Shown here: positions 29,003-35,708 of the stretch, one piece after another
Layout: each line of letters begins with the position of its first letter
Numbering within the stretch: position 1 is the stretch's first letter
Assembly: GCA_041167925.1 (NCBI GenBank)
Contig: JBEELY010000346.1
Span: 1 to 35,708 of the forward strand
DNA: 35,708 nt
Source: Pseudomonadota bacterium
Lineage (GTDB): Bacteria > Pseudomonadota > Gammaproteobacteria > Burkholderiales > Burkholderiaceae_E
Reading direction: 5' to 3'
Notes under the pieces: generated by a model
Database searches by the model: none
Seen by the model: the letters and a program-made list of their open reading frames with translations, nothing else
Told to the model about the DNA's origin: nothing
Position numbers and translations under genes: made by a program

Positions 29003-30376
29003 CTACGGATTGATGACAGTGTAGGGGACAACGGTGGAGGCCGAAGTCGCAGCCCCATAGGGCTGATAGGCTGGCGGAGAGATCATGAAGCCCGGATTGA
29101 CGCCGTACCGCCTCGCAAGGTCGCCATAGGTCTGGTTCACCGTGCCGACATTCTTTGCGACGCGACTGTAGATACCGTCCGCCTGCCGCAGGAAGTTGCG
29201 ACGCTGCTCTGGCGTCAGCTTGTCACCATTCAGGATCGAGTTGTAGACGCTGACGACGGCCTGATCGACGCCTCCAGCGTTCTGCGCGTTGGCGTATTCG
29301 CCCTGCATGACGGTCGAGCCGGGGTCCAGCATCTTCATGTAGCTGTAGACGATCGCAATATCGCCAGCGCCCGCTGCCTCCGGCGAAGCCTCAGTCGTCT
29401 CGTAGGCCGACCGCATCCGCTCGTAGTAGTCGCGCACGCCCTGGAACGACTGAACGTCCTTCTCGCCGCGATACACCTTCAACAGGTCAAGTTCGCTGCC
29501 GAAGGCCTCCTTCTGGTCGGGGCCGCCGTCGTAGACGACTGTGCCGTCTTCGGACACGAGCTTGCCATTCACCTCGAACACATTCGGCTTTCCAGGCTTG
29601 TCGAGCGCCATCTTAACGGCTCCGCCTGCGTCGCCCGTGGCTGCCATGTACTGCGCCGCCTGAATGGCCTGCGGCGTGCCGAGCGTCTGGAGCCAAGACG
29701 CCGTGCGGTTCACCGCGTCCTTGACCTCCCGCCGATCCGCGCGAGCCTTCACCATCGCCCCGATGTTCGGGTCGGGGCTCATCCGCATGGAGTTGACCCA
29801 CGTCAGCAGGCCGTCCATCGCCTCCGGCGACCGCAGGCGGTCGCGGAGCGTCATCGGCTGCTCCGGCTGCATGTTGAAATCGAGCAGGCCCATAGGCTGA
29901 CCTCCGCTTGTGCTCATTGTAACGCCGCTACCCGGTGGCATCGCTCCGCCTCTGCCACCCAGCAATTCGACCTGCCACGGCTCCCACGACATCGGCACGT
30001 CGAGCCCGAAGCGGGCTGCGTTGGCTGCAATCCACTGCGCCTCTCGGCTGTTGGGATCGCGCAGCAATCTGCCGCTAGCGTCCGCGAAATCGACTGCCAT
30101 GCCGATATTGTGCTGCGACCGACCCGGCGGGGCCACCCACTTGCGCGCAGCTTCTGGGCTGCCGTACTTTGCGACTGCGGCCTCGTAGAGCTGCGCTTGC
30201 AGCTCTGGCGAGCGGTACGCGGAGGTGATGGTCAGCGCGCGAGGGCCAAGCTCCTGGTCCGCCGCAGCAATCAGTTGAGCGACGCGAGCGGCATAGTCTG
30301 GGTTCAGCCTCGAAAAGCTGTCGGGCCTCGACGCCGCGCCCCCAACGGCATAGCGATACCAGTCGAAGCCCTCCAT
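29003..30376 (-). CDS. virion-associated protein with N-terminal M15 (VanY/D-Ala-D-Ala carboxypeptidase-like) peptidoglycan peptidase domain
   Basis: SAYRSPELQ...SQHNIGMAVDF...WEPWQ matches the SxxR..Q / SxH..G.A.D / EPWH signature (the last His is Gln here). It has a long C-terminal extension and lies in the internal-protein block. Confidence 0.75.
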   Translation of the reverse strand: MEGFDWYRYAVGGAASRPDSFSRLNPDYAARVAQLIAAADQELGPRALTITSAYRSPELQAQLYEAAVAKYGSPEAARKWVAPPGRSQHNIGMAVDFADASGRLLRDPNSREAQWIAANAARFGLDVPMSWEPWQVELLGGRGGAMPPGSGVTMSTSGGQPMGLLDFNMQPEQPMTLRDRLRSPEAMDGLLTWVNSMRMSPDPNIGAMVKARADRREVKDAVNRTASWLQTLGTPQAIQAAQYMAATGDAGGAVKMALDKPGKPNVFEVNGKLVSEDGTVVYDGGPDQKEAFGSELDLLKVYRGEKDVQSFQGVRDYYERMRSAYETTEASPEAAGAGDIAIVYSYMKMLDPGSTVMQGEYANAQNAGGVDQAVVSVYNSILNGDKLTPEQRRNFLRQADGIYSRVAKNVGTVNQTYGDLARRYGVNPGFMISPPAYQPYGAATSASTVVPYTVINP

Positions 30377-30379
30377 GTG

Positions 30380-31006
30380 TTACCGCCCGGCCATCATCAT
30401 GAAGGGCAGCGTCAGGTAGTCGAACAGGCCCGGCGTCCTGGTCGCCGTGCTCGTGCTCTGCCCCATGTTTGCCGCGCCCACAGCCGCCATCGGGAGCTGG
30501 ATCGAGCGCTCAGGCGCGCCCGTGAAGCCCGCGAACTGGCCCTTGGCCGCGTCGATCAGCGCCTGCTGGATCGCCTGCTGCATCTGGCCCTGCTGCATCT
30601 GCTGCTGGTTCAGTTGCTGGCCGAAGCCGAAGCCCTGCTGCGCGAGGTTCGACATCATCTGCTGCTGCTGCTGGGCTGCGCCCAGAGCCGTGTTGAAGCC
30701 CTGCATGTTCAGGTTGGCCGACGTGTCGGCGAGCTGCTTCGTGAAGCCCGCGTTCGTCTGCGCCTCGGCCACGCCGTGGCGCGATCCGCCGAAGGCGCGA
30801 GCTGCCTGAGCCTGAGCCCCGAGCTGGCCCATTGCTTGCCGCTGCGCGATGCCGAGGTCGGCCATCACGTTGTTCGTCACGTTCTGCGTGAACGGGTTCA
30901 TGAACTGGCCGATGTTCGGGCCCTGCAGGGCGGTGCCGTAGGCACCTGCCGCCTGCTGCATTACGTTCGGCTGCTGCACGTTCTGGGGGTTTGCTCCGCC
31001 TGACAT
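30380..31006 (-). CDS. Gln-rich low-complexity virion protein (208 aa)
   Basis: Contains QQQQQMMSNLAQQGFGFGQQLNQQQMQQGQMQQ. Lies in the structural operon. Confidence 0.6.
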   Translation of the reverse strand: MSGGANPQNVQQPNVMQQAAGAYGTALQGPNIGQFMNPFTQNVTNNVMADLGIAQRQAMGQLGAQAQAARAFGGSRHGVAEAQTNAGFTKQLADTSANLNMQGFNTALGAAQQQQQMMSNLAQQGFGFGQQLNQQQMQQGQMQQAIQQALIDAAKGQFAGFTGAPERSIQLPMAAVGAANMGQSTSTATRTPGLFDYLTLPFMMMAGR

Positions 31007-31007
31007 C

Positions 31008-31715
31008 TTACTTTCCTCCGCCCATGCCTGAAGAACGACTGGTCGGCGGGGCTGTCTTGACGCCGAGAGAGTTCAGCATTCCCGAAATCGGCCCGCCGAC
31101 AAACGTGCTGCCGCTCGTGCCAGGGCCACCGCCATCAATCCTGTCGCGGAAGTTCGTGAAGGGCGATGCGTTCATCGACTGCGAGATGTAGTCCCCGCCG
31201 CCGCCCAAGATGGCTCCGAGGTTCATGCCGCGCCCGAAGGGGCCGCCCCGCGACCCGCGCGAGGGCTGCACCGCGCCCGCAGGGCTGTCGCTGAAGCCGC
31301 CTGCGCCGCCGCCGAAGGGCGATCCCGGCTCTGCGCCAGTCACTGGATCGATGAAGGGCGCGTTCAGCGCCGCGAACTGCCCAGGCCGCTGCGCTGCCAG
31401 TGCATCGATCGACTGCTGGAACATCGGCGCGGAGCTGTAGCCCTGCACGCCGCCCGCGAAGGTCTGCGGCGCAGGCATGCCCGCCATCGCGTCCGTCGGA
31501 GCGGCCATGCCGAAGGCCGAGGCTGCGTCGTTCGTGTTCTGGAAGGCCGCCTGCTGCATGGGCGTGAAGCCCGCCACGTCTGGCCCGAAGTAGGGAGTGT
31601 AGCCGACCTGCGCGAGCTTGTCGGCGCGCGCCATGTTCTGCCGTGCGCCACCTTCCAGCCACGCAGGAATTTTCACCTGCTGCGTCTGCTTGCCGCCCTT
31701 GCCTCCGCCGCTCAT
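31008..31715 (-). CDS. Gly-rich low-complexity virion protein (235 aa)
   Basis: ORF trimmed to the ATG at 31713-31715 (MSGGGKGGK...), with an ATGA overlap to the upstream gene. It shares a motif with the ORF at 8811..9509. Confidence 0.6.
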   Translation of the reverse strand: MSGGGKGGKQTQQVKIPAWLEGGARQNMARADKLAQVGYTPYFGPDVAGFTPMQQAAFQNTNDAASAFGMAAPTDAMAGMPAPQTFAGGVQGYSSAPMFQQSIDALAAQRPGQFAALNAPFIDPVTGAEPGSPFGGGAGGFSDSPAGAVQPSRGSRGGPFGRGMNLGAILGGGGDYISQSMNASPFTNFRDRIDGGGPGTSGSTFVGGPISGMLNSLGVKTAPPTSRSSGMGGGK

Positions 31716-32083
31716 GCCGCGAACTCCTTTTCCAGCACCGTCATCACGGGCCTGTATCCGTACTTGCCGAGGACACGCGCCCAGCCGTGTCGCCCCGCGA
31801 TTGTCATGCTTGTGCAGCCCTGCCCCTTGCTCCACTCGACGGCGCTGTCGATCATGTCGATGATCTGATCCATCTCGCCGCCCGCGAGAAACACGTGCAG
31901 GACGCTCTTCCTAGGGTATAGCACGATTTCAGTGACCGCGCACCCGCGCGCGGCAGGCCAGAGCTGCATCCGGCCCTCGACGATGCCCTGCACCACGTCC
32001 TCGAAGGCGTGCGTGCCGCCGCTGTACTCGAGGGCATCCTCGATCCACGGGCGGCACCGCAGAAGCTCCGCAGCGCCGTTCAT
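31712..32083 (-). CDS. hypothetical protein (123 aa), GNAT-fold-like C-terminal half
   Basis: LHVFLAGGEM......IDSAVEWSKGQGCTSMTIAGRHGWARVLGKYGY resembles an acetyltransferase core. The assignment is weak. Confidence 0.35.
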   Translation of the reverse strand: MNGAAELLRCRPWIEDALEYSGGTHAFEDVVQGIVEGRMQLWPAARGCAVTEIVLYPRKSVLHVFLAGGEMDQIIDMIDSAVEWSKGQGCTSMTIAGRHGWARVLGKYGYRPVMTVLEKEFAA

Positions 32084-32286
32084 ATGGCCACCGCCGTGAT
32101 CACGCCCGCGTTCGACACCGTGACGCTGTAGCGCGTGCCGTTGGGGCTGGTCAGGATCAGACGGGCCTGCCCGATCTCGACATCGGCGCTGCGCTTGTGA
32201 TTGCGCTGATCCTCCAGCTCAAGGGTGCGGCGCAGCTCCTGCTGATCCGCGCGCGAGTAGCTGGTGGGCGGGAGTTGCAGCTTCAA
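32080..32286 (-). CDS. hypothetical protein (68 aa)
   Basis: ATGA overlaps on both sides. Lies in the tail module. Confidence 0.5.
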   Translation of the reverse strand: MKLQLPPTSYSRADQQELRRTLELEDQRNHKRSADVEIGQARLILTSPNGTRYSVTVSNAGVITAVAI

Positions 32287-33758
32287 CGGCGACCCCCAGA
32301 TCTCACATCAAGGCGAGGCACGCCGAAGCGCCAGTCGGCCAGGCGCGCGCCCGTGACGCGCATCGTAGCCTGTCGCCCAGTGAAGCGCACAGCGGTCGGG
32401 TTTGCCATGCTGTAGGGGCCGTAGCTGCGTTCGGTGTCATTCGGGTGGAAGCGCGTCGAGAAGGTGAGCGTCACGTCTCCCCGCGTTTTCTCGTCAGGGA
32501 TCAGCTCGACCGCCGACAGCACTTGATCGCCCTGCCCGATCTGCACGGGGCCGCTCTCCGCAAAGATGGTCGCGCCGCCGTAGTTCAGGCCCTTCTCATG
32601 GTTGTACGCGATGCCCGCGCCACCAAACCAGATGGGGTTCGGGAAGACACCCGCATCAACACCAGCCGTGCGCGACAGGGAGCCGATGGACCAGTGCCGC
32701 TCGCGCACCGAGAAGGCGATGTAGCGGTCGCACTCCGTACTGCCAGAGGACGGGTAGAACCACCAGATTTCGCCGTTCTGCGCGTTCGCCACGCCCCAGA
32801 CCTTCGACCGCTGCGCTTGGTTGATGTCCGAGAAGAGGTAGTCCAGCACATCGCAAGGCACTTCCTGCACCGCACCGCCAGAGAAGGCGTGGATGCGGCT
32901 TTGGCCGATCCAGAAGACACCCTCATCGACCGAGACAGCCGACCGACGCGAGATCGCTCCGCAGCCGCTGCCGACGCGCTCAAAGCCGTACACGAAGGGC
33001 GGCCCGAGGTAGGTCATGCTGTGCGCGTCCTGATCGGTCAGGATCAGCGTCTGGCCGCGCGTGCGGATGCCCTGCATGATCTGGCCGGAGGTCTGCAGCT
33101 CGATGTCGCCCGCCTGATTGGTGGCCGCCGCAGTCCAGACGGTGTTGTTCTCGCGGTCGGACCACTGCACCTTGCGCGGATTGCCGCCAGCGCCGAGCGC
33201 CACGAGGAAGCGCTCCTCAGTGACGACGAGGCCAAGGTTGTTGGTCGGCGCGCCGCTGATCGCCGCAGCATCGTTGGCGACGTTGAGCTGCCATTCCAGC
33301 AGCCTGCCGTCGGCGCTGGAGCATGCGACGAGGTATTCGCCCCAATTGTCGAGGGACCACGTCGTGATCTCGGAGTAAGCGCCCGTGTCGGGGCGCGGCG
33401 TTCCGTAGAAGCCCAAGCCGTAGAAGTAGCCGCCGTAGCCAGTGTTCACCGCCGCATCGTCGATGCCGAGGACGAGACTAGCGGGCGTGATGTCGGTGAT
33501 GGTGCCCGTGGCCGAGGCGACCACCAGCTTCTGGTAGGTGCCAGACACAAGCCAGCGGTTGCCGTTCAGGGCGCGCCACGCAAGCGCGCCTCGGGACTTC
33601 TGCCCGCCAAGCTCGGCGCGCTGCTCCCAGCCGCCGACAGGCTGCATGGTGCCGTCAGTCCAGCGCACGAGGCTGGCGTCATGCCAGCGCCCCTGCGCTT
33701 GGTACTCTGTCCCGTTGCGGAAGACGCCGGGCGGGAGGGCGAGCGGCACCAGCGGCAT
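32283..33758 (-). CDS. tail structural protein (491 aa), family not recognised
   Basis: Large Gly/Trp/Thr-rich protein that looks beta-rich, located between the fibre genes and the internal-protein genes. Confidence 0.55.
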   Translation of the reverse strand: MPLVPLALPPGVFRNGTEYQAQGRWHDASLVRWTDGTMQPVGGWEQRAELGGQKSRGALAWRALNGNRWLVSGTYQKLVVASATGTITDITPASLVLGIDDAAVNTGYGGYFYGLGFYGTPRPDTGAYSEITTWSLDNWGEYLVACSSADGRLLEWQLNVANDAAAISGAPTNNLGLVVTEERFLVALGAGGNPRKVQWSDRENNTVWTAAATNQAGDIELQTSGQIMQGIRTRGQTLILTDQDAHSMTYLGPPFVYGFERVGSGCGAISRRSAVSVDEGVFWIGQSRIHAFSGGAVQEVPCDVLDYLFSDINQAQRSKVWGVANAQNGEIWWFYPSSGSTECDRYIAFSVRERHWSIGSLSRTAGVDAGVFPNPIWFGGAGIAYNHEKGLNYGGATIFAESGPVQIGQGDQVLSAVELIPDEKTRGDVTLTFSTRFHPNDTERSYGPYSMANPTAVRFTGRQATMRVTGARLADWRFGVPRLDVRSGGRR

Positions 33759-33762
33759 GTGG

Positions 33763-34266
33763 TTACACCTGCGAGTAGGTCGTGAAGAAGGCGTCCAGTT
33801 GCTCAGGCGTCTTGCCCTGCGCTGCGCCCAGCGTGAGCACCAGCGGATCGGTGCGCTCGACCACCGAGGGCCGCAGGGCGCGGGCCTTGGCGGCGAAGCG
33901 CTGCTCGCTGGGCAGCGTGTCGATCAGCGCCGTGATCGGCGCGGGCAGTGCCCCTGCCAGCCACGCCTCGCCCTCGGCCTCAGTCATCCACGCCTCAGAG
34001 ACGAGGCCGATCAAGAGCTGGGCGAAGGAGAGCGACATGGCCGCCCGCGCTGCGTCCAGAGCAGCAGCGACCTCCTCCGCGCTTGGCGGCGCGTAGGGGG
34101 CCGTGGCGGGATCGGCCAGCATCTGCGCGTGAAGCGCAGCCACGTCGAACTGCGCGCCCGCGTCGGCGGGATCAGCAGTGAAGGGTATCCAGCCGAGGAT
34201 CGGATGCTCGATCTCGCAGTCGATGCGACCGTCGATGAGGGTTCTTGCGTTGCGGTAGTCCATCAC
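33763..34266 (-). CDS. hypothetical tail-module protein (167 aa)
   Basis: 4-nt overlap with the upstream fibre-like gene. Acidic and Ala-rich. No family recognised. Confidence 0.5.
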   Translation of the reverse strand: MMDYRNARTLIDGRIDCEIEHPILGWIPFTADPADAGAQFDVAALHAQMLADPATAPYAPPSAEEVAAALDAARAAMSLSFAQLLIGLVSEAWMTEAEGEAWLAGALPAPITALIDTLPSEQRFAAKARALRPSVVERTDPLVLTLGAAQGKTPEQLDAFFTTYSQV

Positions 34267-34601
34267 GAAACCCTCAGAAACAGAGTTGCAGCAGCGCCCG
34301 CGACCACAGTGCCGCCCACGTTGAGCCAGGTGCCACTAAGGGTTCCACCCTGAGTGTCTCGGCTGTCCGAGAGGCGAAGGCTGGAGCCCGCAATCGTCGC
34401 CCCTGCGGTCGATCCAACGCCCGAAGTGGCGCAGAAGGCGTATGTACCAACAGCTTGGGCTGCCGCCGACGCAGTGGCGGTCAGAACCTGCGCCGTCGTC
34501 GGGGCGGGCACATCGGCCAGCGCGATTGGCGTCTTGCCGTTGATCGTGACGGTGTTGCCGCCGGAGGCATCGAGGATCGTGTTTACACGGATCGTGGACA
34601 T
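34263..34601 (-). CDS. small tail-fibre-like protein (112 aa)
   Basis: GAGGAGACACAC precedes the ATG. Gly/Thr/Ala/Ser-rich, like fibre tips. Confidence 0.5.
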   Translation of the reverse strand: MSTIRVNTILDASGGNTVTINGKTPIALADVPAPTTAQVLTATASAAAQAVGTYAFCATSGVGSTAGATIAGSSLRLSDSRDTQGGTLSGTWLNVGGTVVAGAAATLFLRVS

Positions 34602-34611
34602 GTGTGTCTCC

Positions 34612-35103
34612 TCACCCGTAGATCACGACATGGACGGTAGCGGCGTCCACCACGGCGGGGTCCGTGTCAACTTTAAAAGTGCGGATGCGACAGGCAGACG
34701 CCGTGTTCGCCACGGTCGGGTGCATCTCAGCCCCAAGCCCGCGAGTGGTAGAGGCCCCGCGCGAGGCGATGGCAGAGACGGCGTAATTCGCGTCGGGCAT
34801 GGCCGTCGAGAAGGTGATCGTGTAATCGCCAACCCCGTTGCGGGTCACGCCAGAGACATTGCCGGAGGCGACGATGGAGCCGTTTGAGCCGTTGAAGGTG
34901 ACCCACGCCCGAGCACCATACACGGGCGCGGAGCCCGTAGCGTTCAGGGCAGTCTTCGCCTGCGCCTCGATGTTGCTCGCGTTGGTCAGCACGGTGCCTG
35001 CCTCATCCGGCAGCGTCAGCGTGCGGTTCGTGTTTGTCCCTGGCGCGGCGATGGTGAAGGTCGCGGTGCCGGATGCGTTCGGAGAGAGAGCAATGGAGGA
35101 CAT
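34612..35103 (-). CDS. tail-fibre-like protein (163 aa)
   Basis: The N-terminal SPNASGTATFTIAAPGTNTNRTLTLPDEAGT motif is common in podoviral fibre/collar proteins, by recollection. Confidence 0.6.
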   Translation of the reverse strand: MSSIALSPNASGTATFTIAAPGTNTNRTLTLPDEAGTVLTNASNIEAQAKTALNATGSAPVYGARAWVTFNGSNGSIVASGNVSGVTRNGVGDYTITFSTAMPDANYAVSAIASRGASTTRGLGAEMHPTVANTASACRIRTFKVDTDPAVVDAATVHVVIYG

Positions 35104-35672
35104 CAGACAATGATCCAGCGTTGGCCTGCGCCCACCGTCACGGTGACGCCAGCATTGACGGTGACGGGCCCTGCGCTCATCGCATTGCGGCTCGCCGAGA
35201 TCGTGTAGTTGGTCGTGACGGTCTGGCCGTTCTCATAGAAGACGCGGTCAGAGCCGCCGCCCGTGGCACCGCCGACCGAGCCCCACGCGGAGCCGTTGTA
35301 GCCCTCAAATGCACCGAGCGTGCTGTTGAAGCGGAAGTATCCAGTCAGTGGCGTGGCGTCGCGCTCGGCGGTCGTGCCGACGGGCAGCGCCGCCGATCCC
35401 GTCGGAGAGGTGCGGGCCGTCTTGCCGTCGAGCTGCGTCTGGATCGCCGAGGTCACGCCGTCGAGGAAGTTGATCTCAGCGGCGGTCGGCAGGATGATCG
35501 TGCCGCCGACCTTCCACTCGCCCGCAGTCAGGTTGGGCTTGATCGCCACCGTGCCATCGAGCAAGTCGTCGATGTCGTCGAAGTTGTCGTTGACCTTGGT
35601 GCCCCACGAGTTCTCGGAGGCACCGACCCCCGGCTTCGTGAGGCCGTATGTCGTCGTGGTCGTGTCAGTCAT
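35103..35672 (-). CDS. tail fibre protein (189 aa)
   Basis: The N-terminal YGLTKPGVGASENSWGTKVNDNFDDIDD and the C-terminal DRVFYENGQTVTTNYTISASRNAMSAGPVTVNAGVTVTV are both motifs I associate with phage tail fibres. CAGGAG upstream. Confidence 0.7.
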   Translation of the reverse strand: MTDTTTTTYGLTKPGVGASENSWGTKVNDNFDDIDDLLDGTVAIKPNLTAGEWKVGGTIILPTAAEINFLDGVTSAIQTQLDGKTARTSPTGSAALPVGTTAERDATPLTGYFRFNSTLGAFEGYNGSAWGSVGGATGGGSDRVFYENGQTVTTNYTISASRNAMSAGPVTVNAGVTVTVGAGQRWIIV

Positions 35673-35708
35673 GCCAGTGGCTCCTGAAGGCTGCGGCCAT
35701 TATACCGC

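Larger units (their letters stand above)
1..35708. mobile_element. temperate phage genome, podovirus-like structural gene set, apparently complete and circularly permuted
   Basis: Terminase, portal, scaffold, capsid, tail-fibre-like, lysis, replication, integrase, repressor and attP are all present. No host-type genes appear on either side. The minus-strand structural operon is interrupted only by the window boundary. Confidence 0.85.

Noticed and set aside
26943-29024. 693-aa plus-strand ORF opposite the 677-aa virion protein
   Set aside because: The minus-strand frame continues the coupled structural operon and gives protein-like sequence. The plus-strand frame is Arg/Ala-rich low complexity.
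35699-35704. Perfect TATAAT (minus strand) about 27 nt upstream of the first fibre gene
   Set aside because: No acceptable -35 box is found 16-18 nt upstream when the window ends are joined. One or two perfect TATAAT hexamers are expected by chance in a genome of this size and composition.
1-35708. CRISPR arrays, a retron or DGR reverse transcriptase, transposases or IS elements, toxin-antitoxin pairs
   Set aside because: I saw no regularly spaced direct repeats, no reverse-transcriptase or transposase motifs in any credible frame, and no recognisable toxin folds. The repeats found are short regulatory-type words, listed under the features and findings.

Overview
This GC-rich 35.7-kb window reads as one apparently complete, circularly permuted temperate phage genome with no visible host genes. 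All family names below come from motif recognition by eye, not from database searches. Coordinates of non-coding elements were read by hand and may be off by 1-2 nt.

Minus strand, head and lysis side:
- terS and terL (11645 to 9576).
- Three large unknown proteins (9509 to 6308).
- A compact lysis cassette (6308 to 4968).
- Portal, scaffold and major capsid (4895 to 580), then two small ORFs that run to the left edge.

Minus strand, tail and lysogeny side:
- The same strand resumes 36 nt inside the right edge with three tail-fibre-like genes, a 491-aa tail protein, Gly-rich and Gln-rich internal-virion-type proteins, an M15 peptidase-bearing protein and a 677-aa Gly-zipper protein (35672 to 26961).
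- An unsplit attP follows, made of the 3' 47 nt of a tRNA-Asp(GTC).
- After it come a tyrosine integrase and a translationally coupled CI-type repressor (26776 to 25368).

Early operons:
- A Cro-like HTH gene heads a leftward early operon (15311 to 12178) with a RuvC-like resolvase, an HTH protein, a coiled-coil protein and four small ORFs.
- A 374-bp control region separates it from the rightward early operon (15686 to 25371). That operon holds small unknowns, a SprT-like zincin, a Sak4/AAA_24-like ATPase, a DUF669-like protein, a Cas4-like nuclease, a Toprim primase fused to a RepA-like helicase, and an HD hydrolase.
- Genes are chained by ATGA or TGATG overlaps almost throughout.

Most worth a second look:
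1. The terL-to-portal cargo block. One protein carries a motif I associate with injected polyvalent proteins, and a Gly-rich motif is shared with a distant internal-virion gene.
2. The lysis cassette. It has no recognisable spanin, but it contains a nuclease-fold ORF and a 32-aa Cys/Lys-rich cationic peptide coupled to the holin.
3. The lysogeny circuit. The CI S24 domain has Ala in place of the catalytic Ser. cI is coupled behind int, directly downstream of the tRNA-Asp attachment site, and it converges on the early operon through a shared CTAG stop.
4. A lambda PR'-tR'-like leader and terminator upstream of terS.

None of these is proven from sequence alone.
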